A DNA stretch of 61,877 nucleotides, counting the filler. It is 5 parts of 5 records of this genome, joined end to end, with 100 filler letters (N's around TTAATTAATTAA, not from the genome) between each part and the next. Parts side by side here need not be neighbours in the genome. Positions count along the whole stretch, not along the records: positions 25,167 to 36,168 come from SRR20825019_2482; positions 36,269 to 51,569 come from SRR20825019_2483; 3 more parts are not named here. One strand, given 5' to 3'. This document shows, piece by piece, positions 32,042-46,320 of this stretch (positions are counted from its first letter, which is position 1; each line of letters begins with the position of its first letter). Below the pieces are notes generated by a model, which worked only from the letters and a program-made list of their open reading frames with translations, did not search any database and was not told the DNA's origin. The translations under genes were made by a program, and so were the position numbers.

Positions 32042-32794
32042 ATGGCAGTTCAAAGCGCGAAACGTACCGAAACGACCCTATTGAATACGTGGGGCATGGG
32101 CACATTATGCGGACTGTTCGTGTTGTTTCTGCTTTTTATGGGGAGTGGTTCTGCGCAGTCACAGCAAAACAGTTGCGCGGTCGCGCGTGCGCCTGTTGCA
32201 AGCCTTTCATTTATCAATCAGGACCCGATGCTGGATCGTCATCGGTCTGTTCGCTGGCTTAACAACCGGGCCAATCAGGGCAGTCGCTATATGGTGACCG
32301 GCCTGACCGAATATGAACTTCAGGCGCGGTTTGACATGCGCCTTGAGCCAGTCGAGGTTGGAGTTGGGGCATTCTGTCTGTATCCGATCCGGATCAGTCC
32401 AGAAGTCGAAGTGATCAAGCATCTGGTGTATGTCGCGTCCGAGCTTGAACGCGGCACATGTGAGTATGATGTGGTCTATGCCCATGAAGGGCAGCACGTG
32501 CAGATCAATCAGCATATGGAGCAGGATATCCAGCGCGAACTTGATGCCATGGTCGCCGAAATCATGGCGGACTTTGCCGCCATGCGACCGGTTGGTGCGG
32601 GCGATGTGCAACGCCTGCAACGGCGGTTACTGAACCAGTATGGACAGGATTTTAAACGCCGTTTGCGCGCCATTGATCTTGCCCGGCGCGAAGACCATCG
32701 TGCGATAGATACCCCGGATGAATATGAACGGCTATCGAAGGCGTGCGGGCCAAATTCGGCATTCCAGACAACATTGCCCGATGCAATGCGCTGA
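32042..32794 (+). CDS. Secreted HExxH protein (DUF922-like putative zinc peptidase)
   Basis: Hydrophobic signal segment, C.YDVVYAHEGQHV, C-terminal DTPDEY....C. Confidence 0.6.
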   Translation: MAVQSAKRTETTLLNTWGMGTLCGLFVLFLLFMGSGSAQSQQNSCAVARAPVASLSFINQDPMLDRHRSVRWLNNRANQGSRYMVTGLTEYELQARFDMRLEPVEVGVGAFCLYPIRISPEVEVIKHLVYVASELERGTCEYDVVYAHEGQHVQINQHMEQDIQRELDAMVAEIMADFAAMRPVGAGDVQRLQRRLLNQYGQDFKRRLRAIDLARREDHRAIDTPDEYERLSKACGPNSAFQTTLPDAMR

Positions 32795-32813
32795 CGGATT
32801 TTGCACAATCTGA

Positions 32814-33530
32814 TCAGGCTGCTTCGTGATCAAGTCCGGCGACGACCTGAAGTGCTTTGACATCAAGATCGAATTCCGAACGGCAGCGCGGGTTTAGATG
32901 ACCGTTTCGGCGAAATTCGGCGATGATCCTGCTGGCGGTTTCGGTGGTGATACCCAACATTGCGCCAATATCTTCCCGACCGGGCAGAACGCAACTGTCA
33001 TCCGCATGATCACACAGATAAAGGCACAGCCGTGCAACCCGTTCCCGGGCAGATCCGGTCGACATCTGGGTCAACCAGTTATCTGAATCCATTACCGCCT
33101 GATGCCAGCGTGTGAGCAACTGTTTGTGTAAATGGGGGCTTTCGCGATCAAGTTTTTCAACAACCGCAACCGGAATCCGGCATAACGCGCTGTCCTGAAG
33201 GGCTTCGGCGTGATGGGCAAAGCTGTCGCTGACGAGGGCTTCAAGGCCGATTGTGCCACCGGGGCGGACGAGGCGCACAACCCGTTGTGAACCATCGGCC
33301 AGATAATGCGTCAATTTGATCAGACCGCTGCGCAAGGTGAACAGTGCGTTTGCATTGTCCCCGGCATTGTAAAGGATCGCGCGTTTGGCAATTGCCATGT
33401 CCTCAATCGGCAGATGAACCAGTTTGAAATCGTCATCCGTCAGATCGTTGAAAAGCGCAAGTTGCCGGACGCCGCATCGGCGGCAGCGCAACATGTTTGG
33501 CATGGTTGATTGCGGCGCGGAGTAATTCAC
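32814..33530 (-). CDS. Crp/Fnr-family transcriptional regulator
   Basis: N-terminal CRRC, cNMP-fold SGLIKL..DGSQR, HTH REDIGAMLGITTETASR; GTG 33530 has a GGGGG RBS. Confidence 0.88.
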   Translation of the reverse strand: MNYSAPQSTMPNMLRCRRCGVRQLALFNDLTDDDFKLVHLPIEDMAIAKRAILYNAGDNANALFTLRSGLIKLTHYLADGSQRVVRLVRPGGTIGLEALVSDSFAHHAEALQDSALCRIPVAVVEKLDRESPHLHKQLLTRWHQAVMDSDNWLTQMSTGSARERVARLCLYLCDHADDSCVLPGREDIGAMLGITTETASRIIAEFRRNGHLNPRCRSEFDLDVKALQVVAGLDHEAA

Positions 33531-33696
33531 AAAACCCCCTGACGGAACGGGACAGATGCAGGATCGGTCGCCGCAGGCTGTTAAATGGAAGCACTCTAAA
33601 TCTTTGAGCAATCTACCCTATTGGTTTGTAAATTCAACCTAATAGCGATCAAAAGGTGAAAAACATCACAATAGTACGACTTTTTCGGGCGTGCCG

Positions 33697-34368
33697 TCAG
33701 GCGGTGCTGTCCAGGGTGACAAGGCCCTTTTCTATCGCATAACGCACGAGACCGGCGGAACTGTCGATGTCGAGCTTGCGCTTGATGTTGCGGCGATGGG
33801 TTTCCACGGTACGCACACTGATATCAAGTTCGCGGGCGACATGTTTGTTGCTGGCACCTTTGGCCAGAAGCCGCAAGACGGTGCGTTCCCGCGTGGTCAG
33901 CGGCATGCCATCGTCAGGCACGCCTTCGGTGTTGCTGATGCGATCAAATGTCGGACTGTAAGCTTCGCCGCCATTTGCAATCGCCTCGATCGCACGCACC
34001 ATGTCGTTTGACGATACATCTTTCAGTATAAAGCCGCGCGCACCTGCCAGTCGGGCGGTACGAAGATATTCCGGATTCTCATGCATGGTCAGGATGATGA
34101 CCTTGATATCGGGCATGGTTTCGCGGAATTTTTCGGCGGCTTCCAGCCCGTTCATGACCGGCATCGAGATATCCATCAGAACGATGTCGGGTTTGACATT
34201 TCCGGCCAGTGACAGGGCTTCCATGCCGTTTCCCGCCTCGCCGACAATGTCGATATGATCATAGCATTCAAGGCGTGAGCGAATGCCATCCATGACCAGC
34301 GCATGGTCGTCGCACAGCAAAACACGAATGGGACGGTTGGGCGAATAGGGGGTATTTGCGCTGCTCAT
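33697..34368 (-). CDS. LuxR-family response regulator (MctR-like)
   Basis: CDDH, DISMP, GFILKD; LTTRE...SNKHVA...SVRTVETHR. Confidence 0.92.
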   Translation of the reverse strand: MSSANTPYSPNRPIRVLLCDDHALVMDGIRSRLECYDHIDIVGEAGNGMEALSLAGNVKPDIVLMDISMPVMNGLEAAEKFRETMPDIKVIILTMHENPEYLRTARLAGARGFILKDVSSNDMVRAIEAIANGGEAYSPTFDRISNTEGVPDDGMPLTTRERTVLRLLAKGASNKHVARELDISVRTVETHRRNIKRKLDIDSSAGLVRYAIEKGLVTLDSTA

Positions 34369-34428
34369 GGTCAATTCTGTTCTCTGTCACATTGCTGAAA
34401 CATCTGGGCCGAAACATCTGTTGCCACC

Positions 34429-35832
34429 TTAGCCGCTGATGACGGTGACGGGTAGATCATTATCACGCGAAACCGGAATATAGGCAGTTATGGTTGTTCC
34501 ATCGTCCGGTTCGGATTTGACGGTCATGCCCCCACCATGGAATTCCATGCGTTCGCGCATATTGCGAAGGCCGATCCCCGCACGCGGATCACGGTTGCGA
34601 ATATACCGGTTGGTTTCAAATCCGACACCGTTATCGATGATTTTCATCACGACACTTTGACCTTCGCGGCGGATCGTGACCTTGATATGCGTGGCATCGG
34701 CGTGACGTTCGATATTGGTCAGGGTTTCCTGCAAGACGCGATAGAGCGTCGTTTTCTTTGCGATATCGAGAACCACATCGATATTGTCCGATTTGACATC
34801 AATCTGCATGTCGGACCGGTCTGCCAGTTCCTTGCACATGCTTTCAATCGCCGGGCGCAGGCCAAGATCATCAAGCACGGCCGGACGCAGGTCGCGCGAT
34901 ATGCGACGGACTTCGTGGATGGCATCCTGCAATCGCTTGGCGGCCTTTTCCATAGGTTCGGTTGCTGCATTCTTTTCCGGTCCCAGGCGTGCGATTGCGG
35001 TTTCGACCGAATATTTGACGGAAACAAGAATCTGGCTGATGCCGTCATGCAATTCGCGCGACACCCGCAATCGCTCCTGTTCCTGAACATCAACAACCCG
35101 ATGGGTCAGTTCCTTTAGCTTCGAATCAGCAAGTTTGCGTTCCGAAAGGGTGACGACGGTGCCCGAAATGCCGACCAGCAAAACCGCCAGAATGGTGATG
35201 CCGACAATCGATATTGTTGTGTCACGGATATGGGATGATACCTCCGTCTCGATTTCCTTCACCTGTTCGGAAATGTCATCGATATAAATCCCCGTGCCGA
35301 TCATCCAGCCCCATTTTTCAAGCATCAGGGAATAGGCGATTTTCTCGGCGGGTTCGCCGGTTGACGGTTTTTCCCAGACATGGCGCAGGAAACCACCACC
35401 TTTTTCGGCATTGAAAATCAGCGCCTGAATGACGGAATTTCCGTTCAGATCGCGCAGGTTCCAATATGTGCGCCCCAGACGCCATGGCTGTGGCGGGTCG
35501 ACAAGGGCCGTACCATCACGGTCATAGATAAAGAAATAGCCATCCTCGCCATAGGACAGGTCTTCGATGATGCTTTTGACCCGTTCCTTGGAAACGGCAT
35601 CCAGCGGGCTTGCGACCGAATAAATGTGATCTATCGAAGCAAGGGCGAGTTCAAGATAGCTTTTAAGCTCTTCCTTGCGGGCTTCAAGAATGTTGCGTTC
35701 GAACGTTCTGATTTCTGCTTCGGCCAGTCGTTCGGCCTGTGCAAATACCAGATACGATATTGCCGCGGCGGCCAGAACCAGTGGCAGGATCGACAGCAGC
35801 AAAAACTTTAGTCGAAGATTGATTTTCCGCAT
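34429..35832 (-). CDS. Cache-domain sensor histidine kinase, HisKA_3 (MctS-like, probably carboxylate sensing)
   Basis: YGEDGYFFIYD, WEKPS, WGWMIGTGIYIDD (single Cache), ERLRVSRELHDGISQ, DNGVGF, GIGLRNMRER. Confidence 0.88.
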   Translation of the reverse strand: MRKINLRLKFLLLSILPLVLAAAAISYLVFAQAERLAEAEIRTFERNILEARKEELKSYLELALASIDHIYSVASPLDAVSKERVKSIIEDLSYGEDGYFFIYDRDGTALVDPPQPWRLGRTYWNLRDLNGNSVIQALIFNAEKGGGFLRHVWEKPSTGEPAEKIAYSLMLEKWGWMIGTGIYIDDISEQVKEIETEVSSHIRDTTISIVGITILAVLLVGISGTVVTLSERKLADSKLKELTHRVVDVQEQERLRVSRELHDGISQILVSVKYSVETAIARLGPEKNAATEPMEKAAKRLQDAIHEVRRISRDLRPAVLDDLGLRPAIESMCKELADRSDMQIDVKSDNIDVVLDIAKKTTLYRVLQETLTNIERHADATHIKVTIRREGQSVVMKIIDNGVGFETNRYIRNRDPRAGIGLRNMRERMEFHGGGMTVKSEPDDGTTITAYIPVSRDNDLPVTVISG

Positions 35833-36022
35833 GGGCACAACAGTCTTGGATACAGGAAGATTTTTCGGGCCGGACAATATCACAAAAGCACCAAAAGTCT
35901 GCGCCTGATCACAGGTTTCGAACCTTTGGGTTGCATTGGGCGCGGGCGCGATTTTCCACATGGTGAAAAGACACTGGCTGCGATAAAGTGAAATTGGTAT
36001 TACCAATTTCGAAGATCATGCT

Positions 36023-36052
36023 TTGACAGAGGCAGCGCATTGCGCATATATC
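36023..36052 (+). promoter_or_regulatory. Sigma70-type promoter candidate pointing off the contig end
   Basis: TTGACA at 36023-36028, then CATATATC about 16-18 nt downstream. Confidence 0.5.
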
Positions 36053-36168
36053 AGACACGTCGCCTGCCCACCGGGCGCCAGGAACCCTGGATGCGCTGCA
36101 CGCGTTTTAACGTGACAGACATCCTTTATCGCCACAGATGGTATGGCGTTGCAGGCATCCCGCACCGC

Positions 36169-36268
36169 NNNNNNNNNNNNNNNNNNNNNNNNNNNNNNNN
36201 NNNNNNNNNNNNTTAATTAATTAANNNNNNNNNNNNNNNNNNNNNNNNNNNNNNNNNNNNNNNNNNNN
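36169..36268. other. Artificial contig spacer
   Basis: N-run + TTAATTAATTAA + N-run. Confidence 0.98.
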
Positions 36269-36911
<643 letters not shown>

Positions 36912-37015
36912 AGCGCGAGCGCGCGTGGTCACACCTGACGCAAGATCAGGATTGCGCGCAGAGTTTTTGTTGGGCCGGCCAGGATGAGTTGGCAGGTTAT
37001 TGGGGGAGCGTGAGA

Positions 37016-39211
37016 GTGAGTGTGAGCAAGGAAAGCTGGCAGGCGGACGAACGGGAAATCGAAGCCATTGTGGCGGGGCGCCACAGCAATGCCTTTGCTT
37101 TCCTCGGCCTGCATGAAGTGGAAGGGCACTGGGTTCTGCGGGCCTTTGTTCCGCATGCCGATACGCTGAACGCCTTCACGCTGGATGGCACGCCACTCGG
37201 GCACATGATCCCGCGCCACAAGGGCGGGTTCTTCGAGACCAAGGTGGATATCACCGAGCGGCAGCCGATCCGCTACGAGGCCAAGAACTCTGGCGGAAGC
37301 TGGACAGCCTATGACCCCTATTCCTTCGGCCCGGTGCTCGGCCCGATGGACGACTATTACATCGGCGAAGGCAGCCACTTGCGGCTGTTCGACAAGATGG
37401 GCGCCCACGAAATGGAATTCGAGGGGATCCACGGCACCCATTTCGCGGTCTGGGCGCCCAATGCACAGCGCGTTTCCGTGGTGGGGCCATGGAATGAATG
37501 GGATGGCCGTCGTCACCCGATGCGCAATCGGCAGGGTATCTGGGAAGTGTTCATCCCCGTGCTGGGGACCGGCACGATCTACAAATACGAGATCGTCGGG
37601 CCGAATGGGCAGGTCCTGCCTTTGAAGGCGGACCCCTATGCCCGGCAGGCCGAAATGCGGCCGCGGACCGCGTCGGTGGTGCCAGATCCGACGCCATTTG
37701 TCTGGACCGACCAGAAATACATGGAAGAGCGTGCCACCCGCGACTGGCGCCGCACGCCGATGTCCATTTACGAAGTGCATCTGGGGTCCTGGCGGCGGCG
37801 ACCCGATGGCAGCTTCATGTCCTATGACCAGCTTGCCGAGCAGCTCGTGCCCTATGCGGCCGATATGGGCTACACCCATCTCGAATTGATGCCGATCTCC
37901 GAGCATCCTTTCGATCCGAGCTGGGGCTACCAGCCAACCGGGCTTTATGCCCCGACAGCGCGGTTTGGCGATCCGGCGGGGTTTGCGCGACTGGTCAATG
38001 CGGCCCATGAGGCGGGGTTGGGGGTGATCCTGGACTGGGTGCCTGCGCATTTCCCGACTGACGAGCATGGGCTGAGCCATTTCGACGGCACTGCGCTATA
38101 TGAACATGAAGACCCGCGCCAGGGTTTTCATCCGGACTGGAACACGGCGATCTACAATTTCGGGCGCAAGGAGGTCTCGGCCTACCTCACCAACAATGCG
38201 CTGTTCTGGTTCGACCAGTTCCACATTGATGGGCTGCGGGTCGATGCGGTCGCCTCGATGCTCTATCTCGACTATTCGCGCCAGCCCGGCGAATGGGTGC
38301 CCAACCAGCATGGCGGCAACCAGAACCTGGAGGCGGTGGCTTTCCTGCAGCGGGTCAATGCCGAGGTGTATCGCCAATTTCCCGGCGCCTTCATGGTCGC
38401 AGAAGAATCGACAGCCTGGCCTGGGGTCAGTTCGCCGATCTATGCTGGCGGGCTCGGCTTCGGCTTCAAGTGGAACATGGGCTTCATGAACGACACCTTG
38501 CGGTTCATGAGCCGCGAGACTATCCACCGCCGCTTCCACCACAACGACATGACCTTCGGGCTGATGTACGCGTTCAGCGAGAATTTCGTCCTGCCGCTGA
38601 GCCATGACGAGGTGGTGCATGGCAAGGGCGCGCTGCTTGCGAAAATGCCGGGAGACGACTGGCAGCAATTTGCGAACCTGCGCGCCTATCTGGCCTTCAT
38701 GTGGGGCCATCCGGGCAAGAAGCTGTTGTTCATGGGCCAGGAGTTCGCGCAGCGCGAGGAATGGTCCGAGAGCCAGGCACTAGACTGGTATCTGCTCGAC
38801 GCGCCGAGCCATGAAGGCATGCGACGTTTGGTGGCCGATCTCAATGCGGCCTATCGCAGCCTGCCGGCGCTTTATGGCCGCGATTGTGAACCCGAGGGGT
38901 TCGAATGGGTGATCGGCAATGACCAGGCCAATTCCGTGCTGGCGTGGCTGCGCAAGGCGCCGGACGCCGATCCGGTGCTGGTGATCTCCAATTTCACGCC
39001 AGTGCCACGCAGTCATTACAAGGTGCCGCTGCCCAAGGCCGGGCGCTGGGTGGAGCGGATCAATACCGATGCCGGTTGGTATTCCGGTGGGAACACAGGC
39101 AATCAGGGCGCCGTTGTGGCCAAGGCTGTCGAGGGGCAGCACTGGCCGGCCGAGGCGGAAATCTATCTGCCGCCATTGGCGACACTGTTTCTGAAATATG
39201 AGCCGGCTTGA
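37016..39211 (+). CDS. glgB: 1,4-alpha-glucan branching enzyme
   Basis: FAVWAPNA, YEVHLGSW, WGYQ, DGLRVDAVASM, AEESTAW, LSHDEVVHGK. Confidence 0.96.
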   Translation: MSVSKESWQADEREIEAIVAGRHSNAFAFLGLHEVEGHWVLRAFVPHADTLNAFTLDGTPLGHMIPRHKGGFFETKVDITERQPIRYEAKNSGGSWTAYDPYSFGPVLGPMDDYYIGEGSHLRLFDKMGAHEMEFEGIHGTHFAVWAPNAQRVSVVGPWNEWDGRRHPMRNRQGIWEVFIPVLGTGTIYKYEIVGPNGQVLPLKADPYARQAEMRPRTASVVPDPTPFVWTDQKYMEERATRDWRRTPMSIYEVHLGSWRRRPDGSFMSYDQLAEQLVPYAADMGYTHLELMPISEHPFDPSWGYQPTGLYAPTARFGDPAGFARLVNAAHEAGLGVILDWVPAHFPTDEHGLSHFDGTALYEHEDPRQGFHPDWNTAIYNFGRKEVSAYLTNNALFWFDQFHIDGLRVDAVASMLYLDYSRQPGEWVPNQHGGNQNLEAVAFLQRVNAEVYRQFPGAFMVAEESTAWPGVSSPIYAGGLGFGFKWNMGFMNDTLRFMSRETIHRRFHHNDMTFGLMYAFSENFVLPLSHDEVVHGKGALLAKMPGDDWQQFANLRAYLAFMWGHPGKKLLFMGQEFAQREEWSESQALDWYLLDAPSHEGMRRLVADLNAAYRSLPALYGRDCEPEGFEWVIGNDQANSVLAWLRKAPDADPVLVISNFTPVPRSHYKVPLPKAGRWVERINTDAGWYSGGNTGNQGAVVAKAVEGQHWPAEAEIYLPPLATLFLKYEPA

Positions 39212-39268
39212 GGCGGCTCGGGTGAGATAAGACCCGGCAGAAGCCGGGCTCAAGCGGAGGGAAATAAT

Positions 39269-40536
39269 ATGGCTGATTATCGAGTACCATCGCCGCTGGC
39301 GCGTGAGGCCATGGCCTATGTGCTGGCGGGAGGGCGCGGCACGCGCCTGATGGAACTGACCGACCGGCGTGCCAAGCCGGCGGTGTATTTTGGCGGCAAG
39401 TCGCGGATCATCGACTTTGCGCTTTCCAATGCCATCAATTCGGGCATTCGCCGCATTTCTGTGGCCACGCAATATCAGGCGCATTCCCTGATCCGCCATT
39501 TGTCGCGCGGGTGGAACTTTCTGCGTCCCGAACGCAATGAGAGCTTTGACGTGCTGCCGGCCAGCCAGCGGGTGCGCGAAGACATGTGGTATGCCGGCAC
39601 CGCTGACGCGGTGTACCAGAACATGGACATCATCGAGGATTCCGGCGCCCGCTATATCGTCATCCTCGCGGGCGACCACATCTACAAGATGGACTACGAA
39701 ATCATGCTCCGCCAGCATGTGGATACGGGCGCGGACGTGACCATCGGATGCCTTGAAGTGCCCCGCATGGAAGCTGTCGGCTTCGGCGTGATGCATGTCG
39801 ATGGCCGCGATCGGGTGGTTGATTTCGTCGAAAAGCCCAAGGACCCGCCTGGCATTCCCGACAAGCCGGATATGGCCCTGGCCTCGATGGGCATCTATGT
39901 GTTCGAGACGCGTTTCCTAATGGAGCAGCTCAAGCGCGACGCGGCGACCGAAGGGTCCAATCGCGACTTCGGCAAGGATATCATTCCCTATATCGTCAAG
40001 AACGGCACCGCCTGGGCGCACCGCTTCCCGCGTTCCTGCGTGCGCTCGAGCAATGAAGAAGTCAGCTATTGGCGCGATGTGGGCACGATCGACGCCTATT
40101 GGAAAGCGTCCATCGACCTGACCGACATCAAGCCGCAGCTCGATCTGTATGATCGCGACTGGCCGATCTGGACCTATGCCGAGATCACGCCGCCGGCCAA
40201 GTTCGTGCATGATTTCGACGGCCGCCGGGGTTCTGCCGTCAACTCGCTGGTTTCTGGCGATTGCATCATCTCGGGCGGACATTTGCAGCGGACCCTGCTG
40301 TCGACCGGCAGCCGGGTGCATTCCTATTCCATGCTCGAGGAAGCAGTTGTGCTGCCCTATTGCGATATCGGGCGCAATGCGCGGCTCAAGAAGGTGGTCA
40401 TTGATCGTGGCGTCAACATTCCCGAAGGCCTGGTGGTGGGCGAAGACCCCGAGTTCGACGCCAAGTGGTTCCGCCGGTCCGACGAGGGCGTGACGCTGAT
40501 TACCCAGGCCATGATCAACAAATATCTGGCGGATCG

Positions 40537-40540
<4 letters not shown>
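39269..40540 (+). CDS. glgC: Glucose-1-phosphate adenylyltransferase
   Basis: [34 protein letters not shown]. Confidence 0.96.
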
Positions 40541-43615
<3,075 letters not shown>

Positions 43616-43622
43616 GTTCGCC

Positions 43623-45635
43623 TTGTCCATTAAGCCAGCATTGGTGCCCCGTGGCGGGCACACAGACCATCTGGGTGCCACCGTTACGGCGGAGGGGGTC
43701 AATTTTGCCGTTTATTCGGAAAGCGCGACCGCGATCTGGGTCTGCCTGTTCGACGAACAGGACAAGGAGATCGAGCGGTTCGAGCTGGACGTCCACCAAG
43801 ACAATGTGCGTGCCGGACTGATCGCCAATGTCGGGCCGGGCGCGCGCTATGGGCTGCGGGCCGATGGACCCTATGATCCGGACCAAGGTTTTTTCTTCGA
43901 TCCCAACAAGCTTTTGGTTGATCCCTATGCGCGCCATCTGGATCGGGTGTTCGTGCGCTCGCCGCGCCTGAGGCTGGCGCGTGAGGATGGGGTGGATACC
44001 GCCGAGCTGGTACCCAAGGCCATCGTGCCGGGTGGCGGCAATGACCCCGCTCAACCCAGAAAAAAGGCGCCGGGCCTTTACTACGAACTCAATGTGCGCG
44101 GTTTCACCATGCGGCATCCAGGCGTGCAGGGGCCGCTGCGCGGTACCGTGGCGGCGCTGACGACGCGGCGGGTGATCAATCATTTCAAGCATCTGGGCGT
44201 CGACACCGTCCAGCTCATGCCGACGGCGGCCTGGATCGACGAGGGGCATCTGCCCCAGCTTGGGCTGACCAATGCCTGGGGCTACAACCCAATTGCCTAT
44301 TTCGCGGTCGATCCGCGGTTGGCGCCGCGTGGGCCCCAGGAATTGCGGGTGATGACCGACGCCTATCGCAAGGCCGGCATCTCGGTGATCCTGGACGTGG
44401 TCTATAACCATACCGGCGAGGGCGACAGCCAGGGCCCGATCCTCTCGATGATGGGGCTTGATCCGCAGACCTATTATCGCTGGGTCGAGGTGGATGGCAA
44501 AAAGCATCTGGTCAACGATACCGGCACCGGCAACACGCTGCGCTGCGACCACCCTGCCGTGCAGCGGCTGGTGATCGAAAGCTTGCGCTATTATGTCGAA
44601 GAGCTGGGTGTGTCCGGCTTCCGCTTTGATCTGGCGACCATTCTGGGCCGCGATCCGGGGTTCAACCCCGAAGCCGAGATGCTGGAAAAGATTAAGGCCG
44701 ATCCGGTGCTGAAAAAGGCGATCCTGGTCGCCGAGCCCTGGGATCCGGGTCCGGGCGGCTATGGGTTGGGCAAGTTCGGCAAGGATTTTGCCGAGCACAA
44801 CGATACCTACCGCGATGAGATCCGCGCCTTCTGGAAAGGCGAGAACGGCAAGATCGGGGCGCTGGCCGGCAAGGTGTCGGGATCGGCGGAAATCTTCGAT
44901 GTTGCGGGCCGCAAGCCCAGCGCCGGGGTCAACATGCTGGCCGTGCATGACGGATTCACCCTGCGGGATCTGGTCAGCTATCACGACAAGCACAACGAAG
45001 CGAATGGCGAGAACAATCGCGACGGCCACAACCACAATTCCTCTTGGAATTGCGGGGTTGAAGGCGAAACAGATGACGAAGCGATCAATCATGCCCGCAA
45101 GCGCGATGTGCGGGCGCTGCTGGCCACGCTGTTTCTCTCGCGCGGAACGCCGCTGATCCAGCAGGGCGACGAGATGTATCGCACCCAGCAGGGCAACAAT
45201 AACGCCTATGCCCAGGATAATGAGATCACCTGGGTCGACTGGGAGAATGGCGACGGTGCGCTGGTGGATTTCGTCGGGGCGCTACAGGGTTTCCGCAAGG
45301 CCCATCCGGCGGTGAGCCATGACCACTGGCTGACCGGCCTGGATCGCAATGGCGTGCGCGATGTGGTCTGGCTGCATCCCGATGGACGCGAAATGACCGA
45401 GGCGGACTGGAACGACAGCGGCGCATCGGTGCTGGGCATGCATCTGCGCCACAGGGACGACGACGTGCTGGTTTGGTTCAATCGCCGGGTCGAGCCGGTC
45501 GTGGCGCGTCTGCCGGAAGGCGACTGGGGCGTCGGCATCCAGTCCGACCCGTCATTCGAGGTGGCCTTCACTGAAGGTACGGCAACCTTGCCGCCGCGAT
45601 CCGTGGTGGCATTGGTGCGGCCCAAGGCCAGCTAG
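43623..45635 (+). CDS. glgX: Glycogen debranching enzyme
   Basis: NKLLVDPYA, WGYN, DVVYNHTGE, GFRFDLA, AEPWD, HDGFTLRD, GNNNAYAQDN; start approximate. Confidence 0.93.
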   Translation: MSIKPALVPRGGHTDHLGATVTAEGVNFAVYSESATAIWVCLFDEQDKEIERFELDVHQDNVRAGLIANVGPGARYGLRADGPYDPDQGFFFDPNKLLVDPYARHLDRVFVRSPRLRLAREDGVDTAELVPKAIVPGGGNDPAQPRKKAPGLYYELNVRGFTMRHPGVQGPLRGTVAALTTRRVINHFKHLGVDTVQLMPTAAWIDEGHLPQLGLTNAWGYNPIAYFAVDPRLAPRGPQELRVMTDAYRKAGISVILDVVYNHTGEGDSQGPILSMMGLDPQTYYRWVEVDGKKHLVNDTGTGNTLRCDHPAVQRLVIESLRYYVEELGVSGFRFDLATILGRDPGFNPEAEMLEKIKADPVLKKAILVAEPWDPGPGGYGLGKFGKDFAEHNDTYRDEIRAFWKGENGKIGALAGKVSGSAEIFDVAGRKPSAGVNMLAVHDGFTLRDLVSYHDKHNEANGENNRDGHNHNSSWNCGVEGETDDEAINHARKRDVRALLATLFLSRGTPLIQQGDEMYRTQQGNNNAYAQDNEITWVDWENGDGALVDFVGALQGFRKAHPAVSHDHWLTGLDRNGVRDVVWLHPDGREMTEADWNDSGASVLGMHLRHRDDDVLVWFNRRVEPVVARLPEGDWGVGIQSDPSFEVAFTEGTATLPPRSVVALVRPKAS

Positions 45636-46213
45636 GCGCCGCCAAACTCCCGGTGCAATTCGGCGATGGCAAGATCGAGATAATCGACAATCGGCCTCGT
45701 GCCGCCATCGCTGCGCCACGCATCGAGTGACAGGCGCGTCAGACCGATCGCCATCTGGGCGGCAAGGCGCAGGGACATGTCGCTTTCCTCTGGCCAGCGC
45801 TCACGCAGCGCCTCAAGCAGCAAATGCTCGTCGCGAATGTAGTTTGCCTGCTTTCGCGACTGCACTGCTTCGATCGACATCATCAGCTTGTCTATGGCAA
45901 CCAGTTCTTCCAACGGATAGGACGCTGCGATCTTCCGCATGGCTGCCTGCAGGGTCTCTGCGGGTGAACTACGAGTTGGTTCGGTGGCCAGGGCCCCCAA
46001 CAATTGCTCACCCAGTCCGGCCTGCTGGGAGAGCAGAATTTCATCCTTGGACTTGAAATAGTGAAAGAAGGTTCGCCGCGAAATGCCTGCGGCCTCCGCA
46101 ATGGCGTCTAGCGTGGTTGCCTCGTAGCCGTGTTTGGTAAACAGACTCATGGCGCTCTGGGTGATGCGCTTGAGCGTCTGCTGCCGCTTTTCTTCCCGGA
46201 GTCCCATTTTCAT
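45632..46213 (-). CDS. TetR-family transcriptional regulator
   Basis: GLREEKR, GYEATTLDAIAEAAGISRRTFFHYFKSK. Confidence 0.92.
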   Translation of the reverse strand: MKMGLREEKRQQTLKRITQSAMSLFTKHGYEATTLDAIAEAAGISRRTFFHYFKSKDEILLSQQAGLGEQLLGALATEPTRSSPAETLQAAMRKIAASYPLEELVAIDKLMMSIEAVQSRKQANYIRDEHLLLEALRERWPEESDMSLRLAAQMAIGLTRLSLDAWRSDGGTRPIVDYLDLAIAELHREFGGA

Positions 46214-46258
46214 CCCAACTGTCCTGACGCTGTCCTATCGCGGAAGGCGCCCCCTTGC

Positions 46259-46301
46259 AATTGTGCACTGAGTGCAATATCTAATTGTGCACGGAGTGCA
46301 A
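46259..46301. promoter_or_regulatory. Two tandem TetR operators TGCAC-N3-GTGCA
   Basis: AATTGTGCACTGAGTGCAA (46259) and AATTGTGCACGGAGTGCAA (46283) between the divergent TetR and SDR genes. Confidence 0.8.
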
Positions 46302-46320
46302 AATTTGAAGGGCGCGACAG

